Assembly: GCF_036321535.1 (NCBI RefSeq)
Contig: NC_087436.1
Coordinates: forward strand, 35,900,001-35,964,000
Direction of reading: 5' to 3'
Length of the DNA stretch: 64,000 bases
Origin: Camelus dromedarius
Lineage: Eukaryota
The notes beneath the pieces were generated by a model. That model did no database searches. It saw nothing but the letters and a program-made list of their open reading frames with translations, and had not been told where the DNA came from. Of this stretch, positions 53,398 to 64,000 are shown in pieces (position 1 is the first letter of the stretch; every line of letters starts with the position of its first letter). The translations under genes and the position numbers were made by a program.

Positions 53398-53589
53398 TTT
53401 TTTTTTAACATTTTTTATTGATTTATAATCATTTTACAATGTTGTGTCAAATTCCAGTGTAGAGCACAATTTTTCAGTTATACATGAATATGTATATATT
53501 CATTGTCACAATTTTTCTCTGTGAGCTACCATAAGATCTTGTGTATATTTCCCTGAGCTATACAGTATAATCTTGTTTATCTATTCTAC
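53398..53589 (-). mobile_element. Young LINE-1 3' terminus (about 190 bp), own TSD
   Basis: TSD acataactggctattt (53385-53400) / acataattggctattt (53590-53605), one mismatch. Confidence 0.95.
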
Positions 53590-54489
53590 ACATAATTGGC
53601 TATTTTTAATGATAAGTTTTCATTGCACATTTTCACTTTAGAAACGGCTGCCCAAGACCTCACTGAAAAGGATATTCTCAGTAATACACAGCTGTGGTAG
53701 CAGTTCAACGTTTCATAACACACATTCAAACTACTGGGCAAATAATCTTTTTCAATTGTAAGACAATACTTAGCAAGATAATGACGAATAGAGCATGAAG
53801 TACTCCTATGTTCATGATAAAACTTATTTTTTCAAAGTATACATAAACATAAAGGATAAATACTTTAAAAGGATCTCATTCTTTTTAGGATGTTAAAAAC
53901 AACAGCAGTCTGTACAGATACTTATTTTAACACATATGAATTACTGATATTTTTCTGGCTGGTATAGTATTTGAAATCACACTTTTAAAGAAAACTAAAT
54001 GTTTGTTAAAATTAACATGCATATTTAAAATTCTTGCAGGCACTAGCAGATTCAGTTGTGGCTTTGGTCTTAAAAAACATTCAGGTGGGGCCTAATGGAA
54101 ATCAAGCAGTAAACACAAAATAAGTTTGCATTCTTTCTTTTCAATTTTTCTTTTACTGCATTCAGTTGAATTCTAAATCATTTTTACCAAATGGACATGA
54201 CTGTTCTCTTGGCCTATTAGCAACATATACATACTACTGCTGTAAAAAGTACCAAGTTTCCATAAGAAAACTACAGAGTGAACATATAGCTGCCCATTGC
54301 TATCAATAAGGCTGAAAATTCACATGTGGCATCACTAATTTAATTTGGGATTGCTATGAAGTAAATTTCTAGTCAAATTCTACCAAATAAGATTATATTC
54401 AAAATTTAAATTCTGTTTAACCCTTTTTTCCTAAAGGCTACAGTATCTGTCAGGAAAAATAATAATACAATCACATACAACAATGACAA

Positions 54490-54695
54490 ATGATTTACTG
54501 AGTGTTATTGTGAAGTATTTCAGTGCTATGCTATCTCATGGAATCCTTGAAAGTGTCTATGAGATAAAATTTTATTATTATCTTTAACTTTTTGGAGAGA
54601 GGTTAAATAATTTGCTCAAATTCATACAGGAAGTAAATAACACAGCCAGAATTTAAACTCACATCTATCTTCCTCTACAGACCATAGTAGTAACT
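54490..54695 (-). mobile_element. MIR SINE
   Basis: tttactgagtg...gagaggttaaataatttgctcaaattcatacag...agccagaatttaaactca. Confidence 0.7.
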
Positions 54696-54699
54696 ACTT

Positions 54700-54865
54700 C
54701 ACTGGTTTTCAAATCTAGCTGGATCTTTTAAAAAATATGGATTCCTAGGTCTGACCATCTCAACGATTCTAATTCAGTAAGTCTGCAGCAGGGCCAGAAA
54801 ACCCTTGTGTTTTTTCAAAGTTCATCCGGTGATTCTGACGTCCAGCTAGATTTGAGGAGTACTAC
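54700..54865. mobile_element. hAT-Charlie MITE, MER5-like
   Basis: ggttttcaaa...gattcctagg...gattctaattcagtaagtctg...ggtgattctgacgtccagc...tttgag. Confidence 0.7.
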
Positions 54866-56171
54866 ACTAAGTTATTCTGCTTTCTTTCCCTTTAAGTTGT
54901 GTATAACACAAAAGCAAATAAATCTGAGAAATCCATCTCAGATTTCTAGGGAGTTTCCTTCTCACCTGCCCCCACCACCCAGATCAACTTCCATTAACCA
55001 AGGTATAGCTTTTATTACATGAAAATTGGTTTAAAGAGGCTTTTGATGGAAATAACGGATGGGAGGGGGTTTAAAAAAAAAGTAAACTGGGAATTAACTA
55101 TCTTTTAATTGCACAAAACCTGTCCAGTCTCAAGGAATATTTTTCTTTTCATTCTCCTGCCATAGAAGAAGGGGGAAAAAAGGGAATCATTTGAGGGAAT
55201 GGACTAAACATCTGTGGAGAATTTCTTTAATAACAACTATGAAAGAAGGAAAGGCAACAGTTTTATACTCTGAGTGTAAAAATGTAATTATTTACAGCTG
55301 AAAAGGAAATAGGAACATCTGATGCCTAGGCAGACTAAGGTCCTACAGAAAGTCAGCAGATATTTGAGTGGCTACTATGTGCAAGGCATTATATTAAGAA
55401 CTCAGCTAGTTATGTATGGTCTAGAGAGCATATAATATGATTAGAAAAGAAACAGTACAATCAAAATCTAGGTATAACTTCTGGTGGGAAAAAGCTACTG
55501 CTGCTTTGACAAACCAGCCAGTGATCTTCTACTGTTTTCCAGATGTTAGATTAGATGGCTAATGTTATTTAAGCTAGTAGTTTTAAATTAAAAGCATTTT
55601 TCATATAATAAACTTTATAAAGGGAAATTTAGTTATAAAACCATGTAGTTTAAAAGAATGATTTTTATGTTTTGTATTTTAGAAAGCATTTTGATTATCT
55701 CCAGTACAAGCAGAAAATTAAGCAATTTTAAGAGGTAGGTGGAGTTAGTATCATTTCCTCAGTTTCAGAAGAAATTGAAACTCAGATGGTTTGGTGGCTT
55801 GCTTGAAACCACAAAAGGCTAGTAAGTGGCAAAGACAGACAAACAAACAAACACCTAAAATTCAGACTTTCTGACACTGAGTTCACATGCCAGATGGCTT
55901 GGCCCTGATAATAACTAACCTGGGCATTAATTAAATTTACTTGAAGCACAACCAAACTTTTTCTGCAATAATTAAACTCTTTATCTAAAATGATAAATCA
56001 AAAGCAAGTGTGTGTGTGTATACATATATATGTATTTCATAGATTTTGCAAGCTAGAAGAGACTACTAGGTTATCTGCATACAAGGGCCAGAGAAGCCAA
56101 TCATACCAACTGCCCAAAATCACAAGTGAGTTGGGGGCAGAACTGGGTCTAGAACTAAGGGCTCACTTAAA

Positions 56172-56380
56172 CCAGCCAGTGGGTCAAATCTGGTTTTTAG
56201 GCTACTCAAGGTTAGAATGATTTCTACATTTTTAGAAGGTTGTGAAAAACAGAGGAAGAGGAGCAAAGGGAAGAGGATGGCAGAGTCGAGGGCGGTGGGG
56301 AAGCAGCAGAGACCATATGTAGCCTGCATAGCTTAAAATATTTACTCTCTGGACTTCGACAGAAAAAGTTTACAGACCCT
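56172..56380. mobile_element. hAT-Charlie MER58B-like remnant
   Basis: gggtcaaatctg...agagaccatatgtagcctgcatagcttaaaatatttactctctggacttcgacagaaaaagttt. Confidence 0.7.
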
Positions 56381-59300
56381 CATTTTAAAGAAAAATGGAG
56401 ATACTGAGACCTTAGAACAAAAAGAATAACACCCCTATGCCCCTGGTATATCAGGTAATAAAACACAATTTTAAAACGTAGCCAAAACGTTATTTATAAA
56501 TAGAGAATTAAAGACAATATCTTTTTCTCCTTCAAACTAGTGAAAGGTTTTAATGTAATCTTACTTCAAGTTTTAAACACCTGTATTCTCAGGAATTTCT
56601 CTGGTTAGAGAATTAGGGGATTTACTACTTGTCTATAATGTGTAAAAATATAGAAACCAAAATAGAGAATCTAATGTGAATGCCAAAAATAAGAATTTAT
56701 GTTGCCTAACTAGACATATAAACCTCTCCTCAAAAGAACAAATCAAACGCTGGCCCATGCCTACCAGGAACATTGGGTATTAGATGTCATCAGTGACCCT
56801 AGCTGACTTCCTATTACAGTGCCAACCACAATTACTTTTAAAGCCAAATGTACCACATATGAACCTCTCTATATATGAAATCTGTCTCCTATCACCACAG
56901 TGGCTAAAGAGACTTTAAAAAAATCACTTTAGATCCAAACTGTACCTGTAAAATAGCTAAATCAATGGTTATACTACTAAGTTCTTTATTAGCTTTCCCT
57001 TTCCTTTGGAATCAATCACATGCTTAAAACACCTTATATCCTTTCTGATGAAATTCCCCTGTGAAGAACACTATTTCAAGTTAATGATTTTAACAGAAAG
57101 TCCAATGCTATAAGCACGAATTCTTATTGTAGTTGCAAGAGGGTGACATTTATTATGTGTGCGTGCATGTACAGAAAATTGTGTCAAGTTCCATTCCTGA
57201 TATGGAGATACTAAATAAAGTCTTATAAAGTGTGTGTGAGTTGATGATTTGAAAAGTTTGCAAAGAAACACATTCAGTGATTTAGGTGAGGAAGCAACCT
57301 GTCTGCTCCCATTTTACTCCTTCCAGATTGCTAGCATCTGCAGGGAAAATTGCCTAAGGTCCTAGTCCACTTAAGTACACGAATTGAAAAAAGTTCCCCT
57401 AAAGTTATTCTTTTTGACTTCTTATTATGCTTTATAATCTTGGGCCCAAGGGTGTAGGGGATATAGAAAACATAAATATGTCTAGGAAGGAAAACTGGCT
57501 GGGAGAAAGGAGGAGCATAAGATTTTAACACTGTCTGTTAGCTCTCCCTATTTCATAAGATCAAAGGCAGATCAAGCATTTTCACTCATATTTTAGTGTA
57601 AATGAGTTTCACAACCTGGAATGGACCAATGCAGCTGTGGGAAGTCTATCTGCAGGTATTAACAGAAGCACAGGGGCATGTCAAATTAAAGACTATTTGC
57701 ATGCTTGCAGCAGTATTACTTTTTCTAGTATTCTTTACTGCAAACATAATGTTAGCCATATTATGTGTTTAAAAGAGACTGTGAGCTATCATTCTTAATA
57801 CTGTTTCACAGAAAAATGTGAATCTGAACAATTTATGTAGAGCACAATTTTGAGAACACAGTTCCTTCTTAACCTGATCTGCATAAAACAAATGTGGAAT
57901 TTGCTAAATATTTTTAGAGACGAAGCACAGAAATTTCAAGAGATCAAACCCAGAAATCTGAACGAATAAGTTTTATAAGAAACAATGTTGCCTCTCTCAA
58001 GAAAACAGAAGCCATACAGAGATCTCATAGCTTATATTTTTATAAGCAAAATTCCAGAGTAATTCACCAATTAGGGTGTTGTCCAAGAATGGGAATGGAA
58101 GTACGTCTGCTTCTTAAATCAAAATTCATTGTATTTACTAGTGGACATAAAAGAAACCTAGGGATCTGCCATGGATTTATAAAGGTAGTGTAATAAAAAG
58201 TAATTACCCTTAAAAACTAATTTCAGGGTTTTTCTGTGAATGCTTCACAGAAAAAAGTTCTACATTTGCTATTATAATGTTAATGAAGGCCCAAGTAATT
58301 AGAGAGATGACAAAACAAGATTTGATGCCCTAAGAACTATCATTGTATACTTTTTCCCCCTGCCTGAACATAAAGTGATATAAATTAAGAGAAAGAATAT
58401 TTTAAAAATAACATCAAGACACCCTTTCCAGAACAGAGTCAATGAAGAATAAGAACCAACAGTAAGTCAGAACCCGAGGCAGAGTGCCCTTCACAGGTGC
58501 ATCAGCCTTATCTTGCTAACATGTCCAGGAAGCCAGGAGACCCAATGCGATGGAAACACTGAAAGAGACAGAGCAAAGCATGAGGACCCCAGCAGACAGA
58601 GACCTGCACGTTCACTTTAGAGTTGAACAGAAAACTGTCAAAATAAAAATTAAGGCTTTTCCCTTCCTAAATTAAAAATCTACGCTCTTAATACCTATTA
58701 CTACTACTTCTAAATATCACAGAAGCTGAAGTGAGTTCACTCAAGACACTAGGACATGTACTTTCAAAGAATCACTGATAAGAGACCAGGAGTGGGGATA
58801 GGAAGTCTCTTTCTTCTTAAAGGCGCAAGCACTTTTCTACAGTTAGACAGCAAATGAAGACATAATAACATGATTACAGACCCTAATTTTATAGTTTATG
58901 AAAAAATCTTTTACCTACGATGCAACAAGCCAGCTTTCTCTGCAGCTAATATGAGGCAGGCTATTTGTTGTTGTGTTGTTTTTACTTTCAAAATTTTGGG
59001 ATATGTTCAAAGTTAAATCAAGTTTCCACATGAAATATTAATGCTCTCATGTTACACTGGTGGGCATGTTTTATTTCAGCAAGTGTTGACATGCTATCAT
59101 TACAATAGCTCATTCCTGCTGGGGGAAATGAAAGAGATTTAGGAGAGCTTAAAGGAGGCACTCCACCTCCCCCACCTCCCAAAAGGCGAGGGCAGTCAAT
59201 GCAAACACGAGGCTGGGCCACGGGCTCCTACTCTTTCCCACCTCGTTTCTGCTGATGTACAGATTGGCCTTTGGATCCCACTGCTGGGAACTGAATTATC

Positions 59301-59595
59301 ATAATTCTCAGTCCACTGCATACTATCACAATGGTCCTCAGGAGGCTCTTCTCTTACTTAATATTTCTTTTCAATCTCAGTATTGGCTACTAGCCCCTTT
59401 TCTCTACCCTCACTAAAAATGAGAACCTATGCATCTGGTATAGAATCTTATATATACACATTAATCCTTGAATAATACAGATACCCTTGTTTTACTTAGA
59501 TGTTTAATTTACATAAATAATATTATGCTATAGATCTTGTCAGGCCTTTTAATAATCTATGTCACATTCCAAGTTCCCTCATGCTGTTACAGCAC

Positions 59596-60173
59596 TGTGG
59601 AAGAGAAGAGCACATCAGGGAACTGGCCTGGTATTATTAGCAAGGCCTTCATGTCACTGAGAGCTGGCCTAACACTCAAGTGTTCAGTTGAACATAAACA
59701 ATTCCACAGAACATCAACATTAGACAAGGCCACTCTGTGACCATAATGGATCACGACAAACACAAGACTAGGACATAATCATGTTTGAATACAGACATAC
59801 GAACATTGTCCAAGCCACAAAAACAACCAAACATTTCCTACCCTGGCTAGTAAGAGTGATCGCTGTTTCTTTGCCAATTAACAGCTTTGCTGCGTTCTAC
59901 TCTTACCATTTTTGGATAAGATTTAATTAAAATAAGCAATCACAGAATTAATTCTGCTTCCTGACAGTATTCAAACCAGAGCAAAGTCCTACCTTAACCC
60001 TCTTTCAAATCATCTAACATAAGCTCGTATCTTGTTAAGTCCTTGGAAATATTCTCTTGCTGAGAAGCTTCACAGTTCCCCACAGTGTGTGTCACGCTTC
60101 CCTATGATGAGTAATAAACCCATTTTGTTTCCACAACAGATGTCTGTTCCTGGGGGTCTTGGGCTGGAGAGCA
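59596..60173 (+). mobile_element. ERV solo LTR (MER76-like; subfamily uncertain)
   Basis: TG...CA ends, AATAAA at 60113-60118, LTR-type text acaaggccactctgtgaccataatggatca and aacattgtccaagccacaaaaa. Confidence 0.7.
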
Positions 60174-60344
60174 CTGCCAGTATAGTTATTTTATTGCTTC
60201 TGACTGCTACACAGTGTTTCACAGAATGCATCCATCACATTTTACTTAACCATCTCTCTAGTGAAAGACTCATGTTATCTTCAACTCTATGCTACCAGAA
60301 ACAATTCTGCCACACTGTTGGCTATATACCCCCATCATAGACCT

Positions 60345-62400
60345 CAGCTGTGTTTCACTGGAATGTGCACACAAATATTGGACTACTAGGGGACAAATTA
60401 TACACATACTTTTACTGAGGATTGTAAGAGTTCTCTTCAGACTGGTTACATCAGTCTAGATTCCCACCACTAGTCATTAAGTGTGCCCATTACCCCAAAT
60501 TTTCACCTACATGTTGATCTACCTACTGGTTTTCCAAAAATTTCTTCTCACTTAGATGGATGTGAGGTGGTATGTTACTGTTATTTTAGTAAGCATTTGT
60601 CTAATTACTTATATGGTTAAACATCTCTCTTCATATACGTAGCTGTTCAAAAACGTCCTCCCATGAATTGCCTAGGAATAACCTCTACTTTTATATATAC
60701 ACTGCTTTCCCATTCTTATTCTTGAATTTGCAAGCATTTCTCATAGTCCATATATGCATCTCTTTTCAGTCTTTGATGTTGCTGGTAACTTCGTCTAATC
60801 TGTCACTTTTATGTTAGTTTTGTTTTACCCTGTAATTCACTGAACACAAATCCTCAGTTTTGACATTGTAAAGCTACCAATTTATCCCTGATAGGATGTG
60901 CTTCTGGGAAAGGGTTTAAGTAGCTCTCTCACATACCAAGGTCACAAAGATATTCTCTGATATTTTCTTTTATTATCACTATGCTTTTACCTGTTACTTC
61001 TAGGTTGGCCATTGTTCTCTCTGCCATTCATATTGTACATGATGTGAGGTAGAGGCCCAACTGTATATTTTTCATCTAATAAACCAGTTTTTCCAAGAAA
61101 CTACTAAGCAATATACCTCTTCCTCATTTTGAGTCTGTTCTTGAGCACCCACCTGTTTCATTAGTATGATTATGTTTCTGTGCCAGTTCCAAACTGCTTT
61201 TATTAAAATGAATTAAAATCTAGTATAAAAAAAAAATCAAAATTCAATCTTCTTCCAGATGTATTTCAAATAGACTTAACTACTTGTAGATTTTTGTTCC
61301 TTCATCATAGTCATTTTATTCAGGTCTCAAAAAATCCCATTATTATTTTAATTGGAATTGTCCTCGGTGAGAATTGACATCTTTATGTTGTTATGTCCCC
61401 CACCAATGCATATGATATAACCCTTCATTTATTCAAGTCTTTATTCACATCCTTCAGTAAAGTTTTAAAATTTGCTATGCAGTTTTTAGGTTAATGTCTA
61501 AATGCATTATAATTTTTTTAACTATTGTGAATTTTGAAATGTAGTTACTGCTAATGTGGAAAAACAAAACCATTGATTCCTGAAAGTATTTTAACTTGCT
61601 TTTTGCTAGTCCTAATTGTTTGCCTATGGAGACATCACATAATCTCCAAATGACAGCTGTTTTGTCTGTTATATTTTTATCTTTTACTCCTTCTTCCTCT
61701 TCCTCTATCTTTATCTCATTTTATTTTTTTCTTATTGGATTAGTCATATCTATATCAAGAATATCAGTCTTGGCAGGTACATTTGTCTTGTTTTGTTTAA
61801 AGTTTGTTTAAAGTTTAAATTTTTGATGTTTGCTATAGGTTTTAGTATGTAACCTTCATCAAGCTTGTAAAGTTTCTTTTTCCTGGTTTTCTTTTAGTCA
61901 TAAGTTGGAGTTAAATTTTATCAAATACCTTGTAAGCATTCTTTTAGATAATTATGTGAATTTTTAATCTATTTATGTATTTTTACCATTAATAGATTTC
62001 ATTGATATTTTTGGTACTAAACCATCCCGCCTTCCAGAGATAAATACTACATTAAAAAAAAATCTATTGTTGGAATTTAGGTAGCTAATATTTCATTTAG
62101 AATTTTCACACTTGTCATTGTGAGATGGACCTACAATCGTCCTTTCTTATACTATTCTTCTGGAATTAAGATTGTACAAGCTTACAAAACTAGCCAGGCA
62201 GCATTCTCTCAACTCAACTTATTTTTTTTTAATATATTCATGAGACAGGAACTACAAACTCCCAAAAGTTTGGTGAAAGTACATTGTAAAACCTATTCAA
62301 CTTGGGGAGGTGTGTCAGTTTATTCAGTTGTTTGTGTGTAGAATTTAGGGAGAGTTTTGATGATCATTTCCATTTCTTTGACAAATATTCAACTATTAAG
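60345..62400 (-). mobile_element. Very old LINE-1 ORF2 remnant
   Basis: gatgtgaggtggtatg, ccaaggtcacaaagatattctc, gagaattgacatcttta and ttaaattttatcaaatacc are degenerate antisense ORF2 motifs. Confidence 0.75.
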
Positions 62401-63704
62401 TTTTCTACTTTTAAACATATTTACTTTCCGTTTTCAGTGGTTTCATACAAGGAAATTAATCACAAAGAGGTTTTTGACAACTAACATTCTGAGTACAAAT
62501 CAGATTCAAAAGCAGCAGCACCAAGACCTCATACACTGACCCCAATTTTAATCTCAGAGTGTCTCTGAAAAACAAGCTGTCAGGCAGACAGTTCTGTTCT
62601 TAGTCTCTAGAAAAAATTATCGGTCCTTATATGGATAGCAGCTTGAGTAATGTGACTGACAGAACAACAACTTAATAGGAAAAGTCTTCCGAGCAGTTAT
62701 ACTTCAAAAATAGGAAGTACTGCTTTTCAGAAATAAGAGACTTGAGAAACAATGAACTGAACCCAAGGAAAATTGCTGAAGGCCTCGTAAAGTCAGTGAG
62801 AAATGTTTGCCTTTGCACCTTAAAAGTTTTAAATCTATTTCATTCTCATGGTCTAAACTGATGCTCTTCTTCTGCTAGTAGATTATAGAAACACAGAGAA
62901 ATTGGTTCAGGTACAGATTAAAGAGGCAACGTTTCATTAAAAATGTGAAAAGTTATTAGGGATACATTTTTATGGCTAAGTTGAGGATTTCTGAATTATT
63001 ACAACAAATGAAAGCCTTCAAAGTTAGGCAGCTAATTTATTATATGAAGACTATTAAATCGACACGATAGAACCCTTTCTCATGGTTTCAACTCCCACAT
63101 TATTTAATGTATCTTGTGTACGCTGTCCCAAAGGGCCATAACAGAATTTTTATAAACTGTTAGGACAAATGCTGACGTGCATCTTACTTTGTTTATCACT
63201 GAACCCAGGCCAAAAGGCACTAATTAGAGTAGTTCTGCTACACAATGTTTATATACTAATTACCCTACTTCCTAAACCAAATGTTCCAAGAAGTACTAAG
63301 AATGCATGGCAAAAAGCCACTGGTTGCAGCATCAAGTATACTGCTTTACAAACAAAAAGAATAATAGACTCAGGAAGAAAATAAATAATAGAAAAATTAA
63401 CATTATATAAATGTGGTAAATAAGGCAACTGCATTTTCCTAAATATTTGGTGACCCTTATTATGTTAAATAGCATAGGTATTTAATTTTAATAAACATTG
63501 AGACTTTCCAGTTAAAAGAAAAAATTTAGAAACAAAATGTTACATGCAGTAAAGACAAGTAAGTTGCACACGGTCAAGGATTTTATATATACATAAAATA
63601 TATACACACATGTACTTCATATTTAAGACATATTTATGGGAAATATCAGAAAAAATTTCATGGAAAAACATATGTCGGTATTGCAAAGTCTTGTTTTTGA
63701 AATT

Positions 63705-63900
63705 TAGTAAGTATTTATTGAGTGTCTTCTATATGCAAAACACAATGATTTCAAAGATAAACAAGACATACATGTTTCCTGCGTTCAAAGAGCTTGCAGT
63801 CTGAAGAGGACGGACAATTAACCAAGCAAATACAATATACCATAATAAATGCTATAAAGTGATGAGAGACAGCAGCCAACAGAGCAAGTAACTCAGTCTA
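63705..63900 (-). mobile_element. L2 3' remnant
   Basis: aagtatttattgagtgtcttctatatgc...cctgcgttcaaagagcttgcagtctga. Confidence 0.7.
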
Positions 63901-64000
63901 GGATTATATTTCGTGTGTGCATGTGTGTATAAACAAAGAAATGAATTTTAGAAGTAGGGAGAGTTTTCACTTTCCTATCTTATCTGTCCTCTCTCCTTGG

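Overview
AT-rich, CpG-depleted mammalian genomic DNA with no recognisable intact protein-coding gene. All long ORFs in the track are fragments of LINE-1 ORF1/ORF2 or their antisense shadows. Two tRNA-Ala-like SINEs resembling the camelid Vic-1 family, and no Alu, B1, BovB, Bov-tA or PRE1 that I could see, suggest a camelid genome (inference). The window is a repeat layer-cake: young TSD-flanked L1s, a 5'-complete but RT-deleted L1 (40022-45290), old L1M, L2, MIR, hAT MITEs, an internally deleted Tigger1 and two solo LTRs. The apparent A>T skew, mostly plus-strand long L1s and several minus-strand splice-site pairs suggest a large intron of a minus-strand gene, which I cannot name. The best leads are: (1) a head-to-head double-poly(A) L1 structure plus a third same-subfamily 3' end at 52118-53589; (2) candidate minus-strand micro-exons, including a 27-nt frame-preserving one in a CpG-retaining island and one whose donor sits in a 12-bp RNA stem; (3) a perfect palindromic SOXE-type dimer site; (4) an L1 with a poly(A) tail inside ORF2; (5) a possible retrocopied mRNA 3'UTR. 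I see no evidence for a novel multi-gene system. Repeat subfamily names are from recall of consensus sequences, not from a search.
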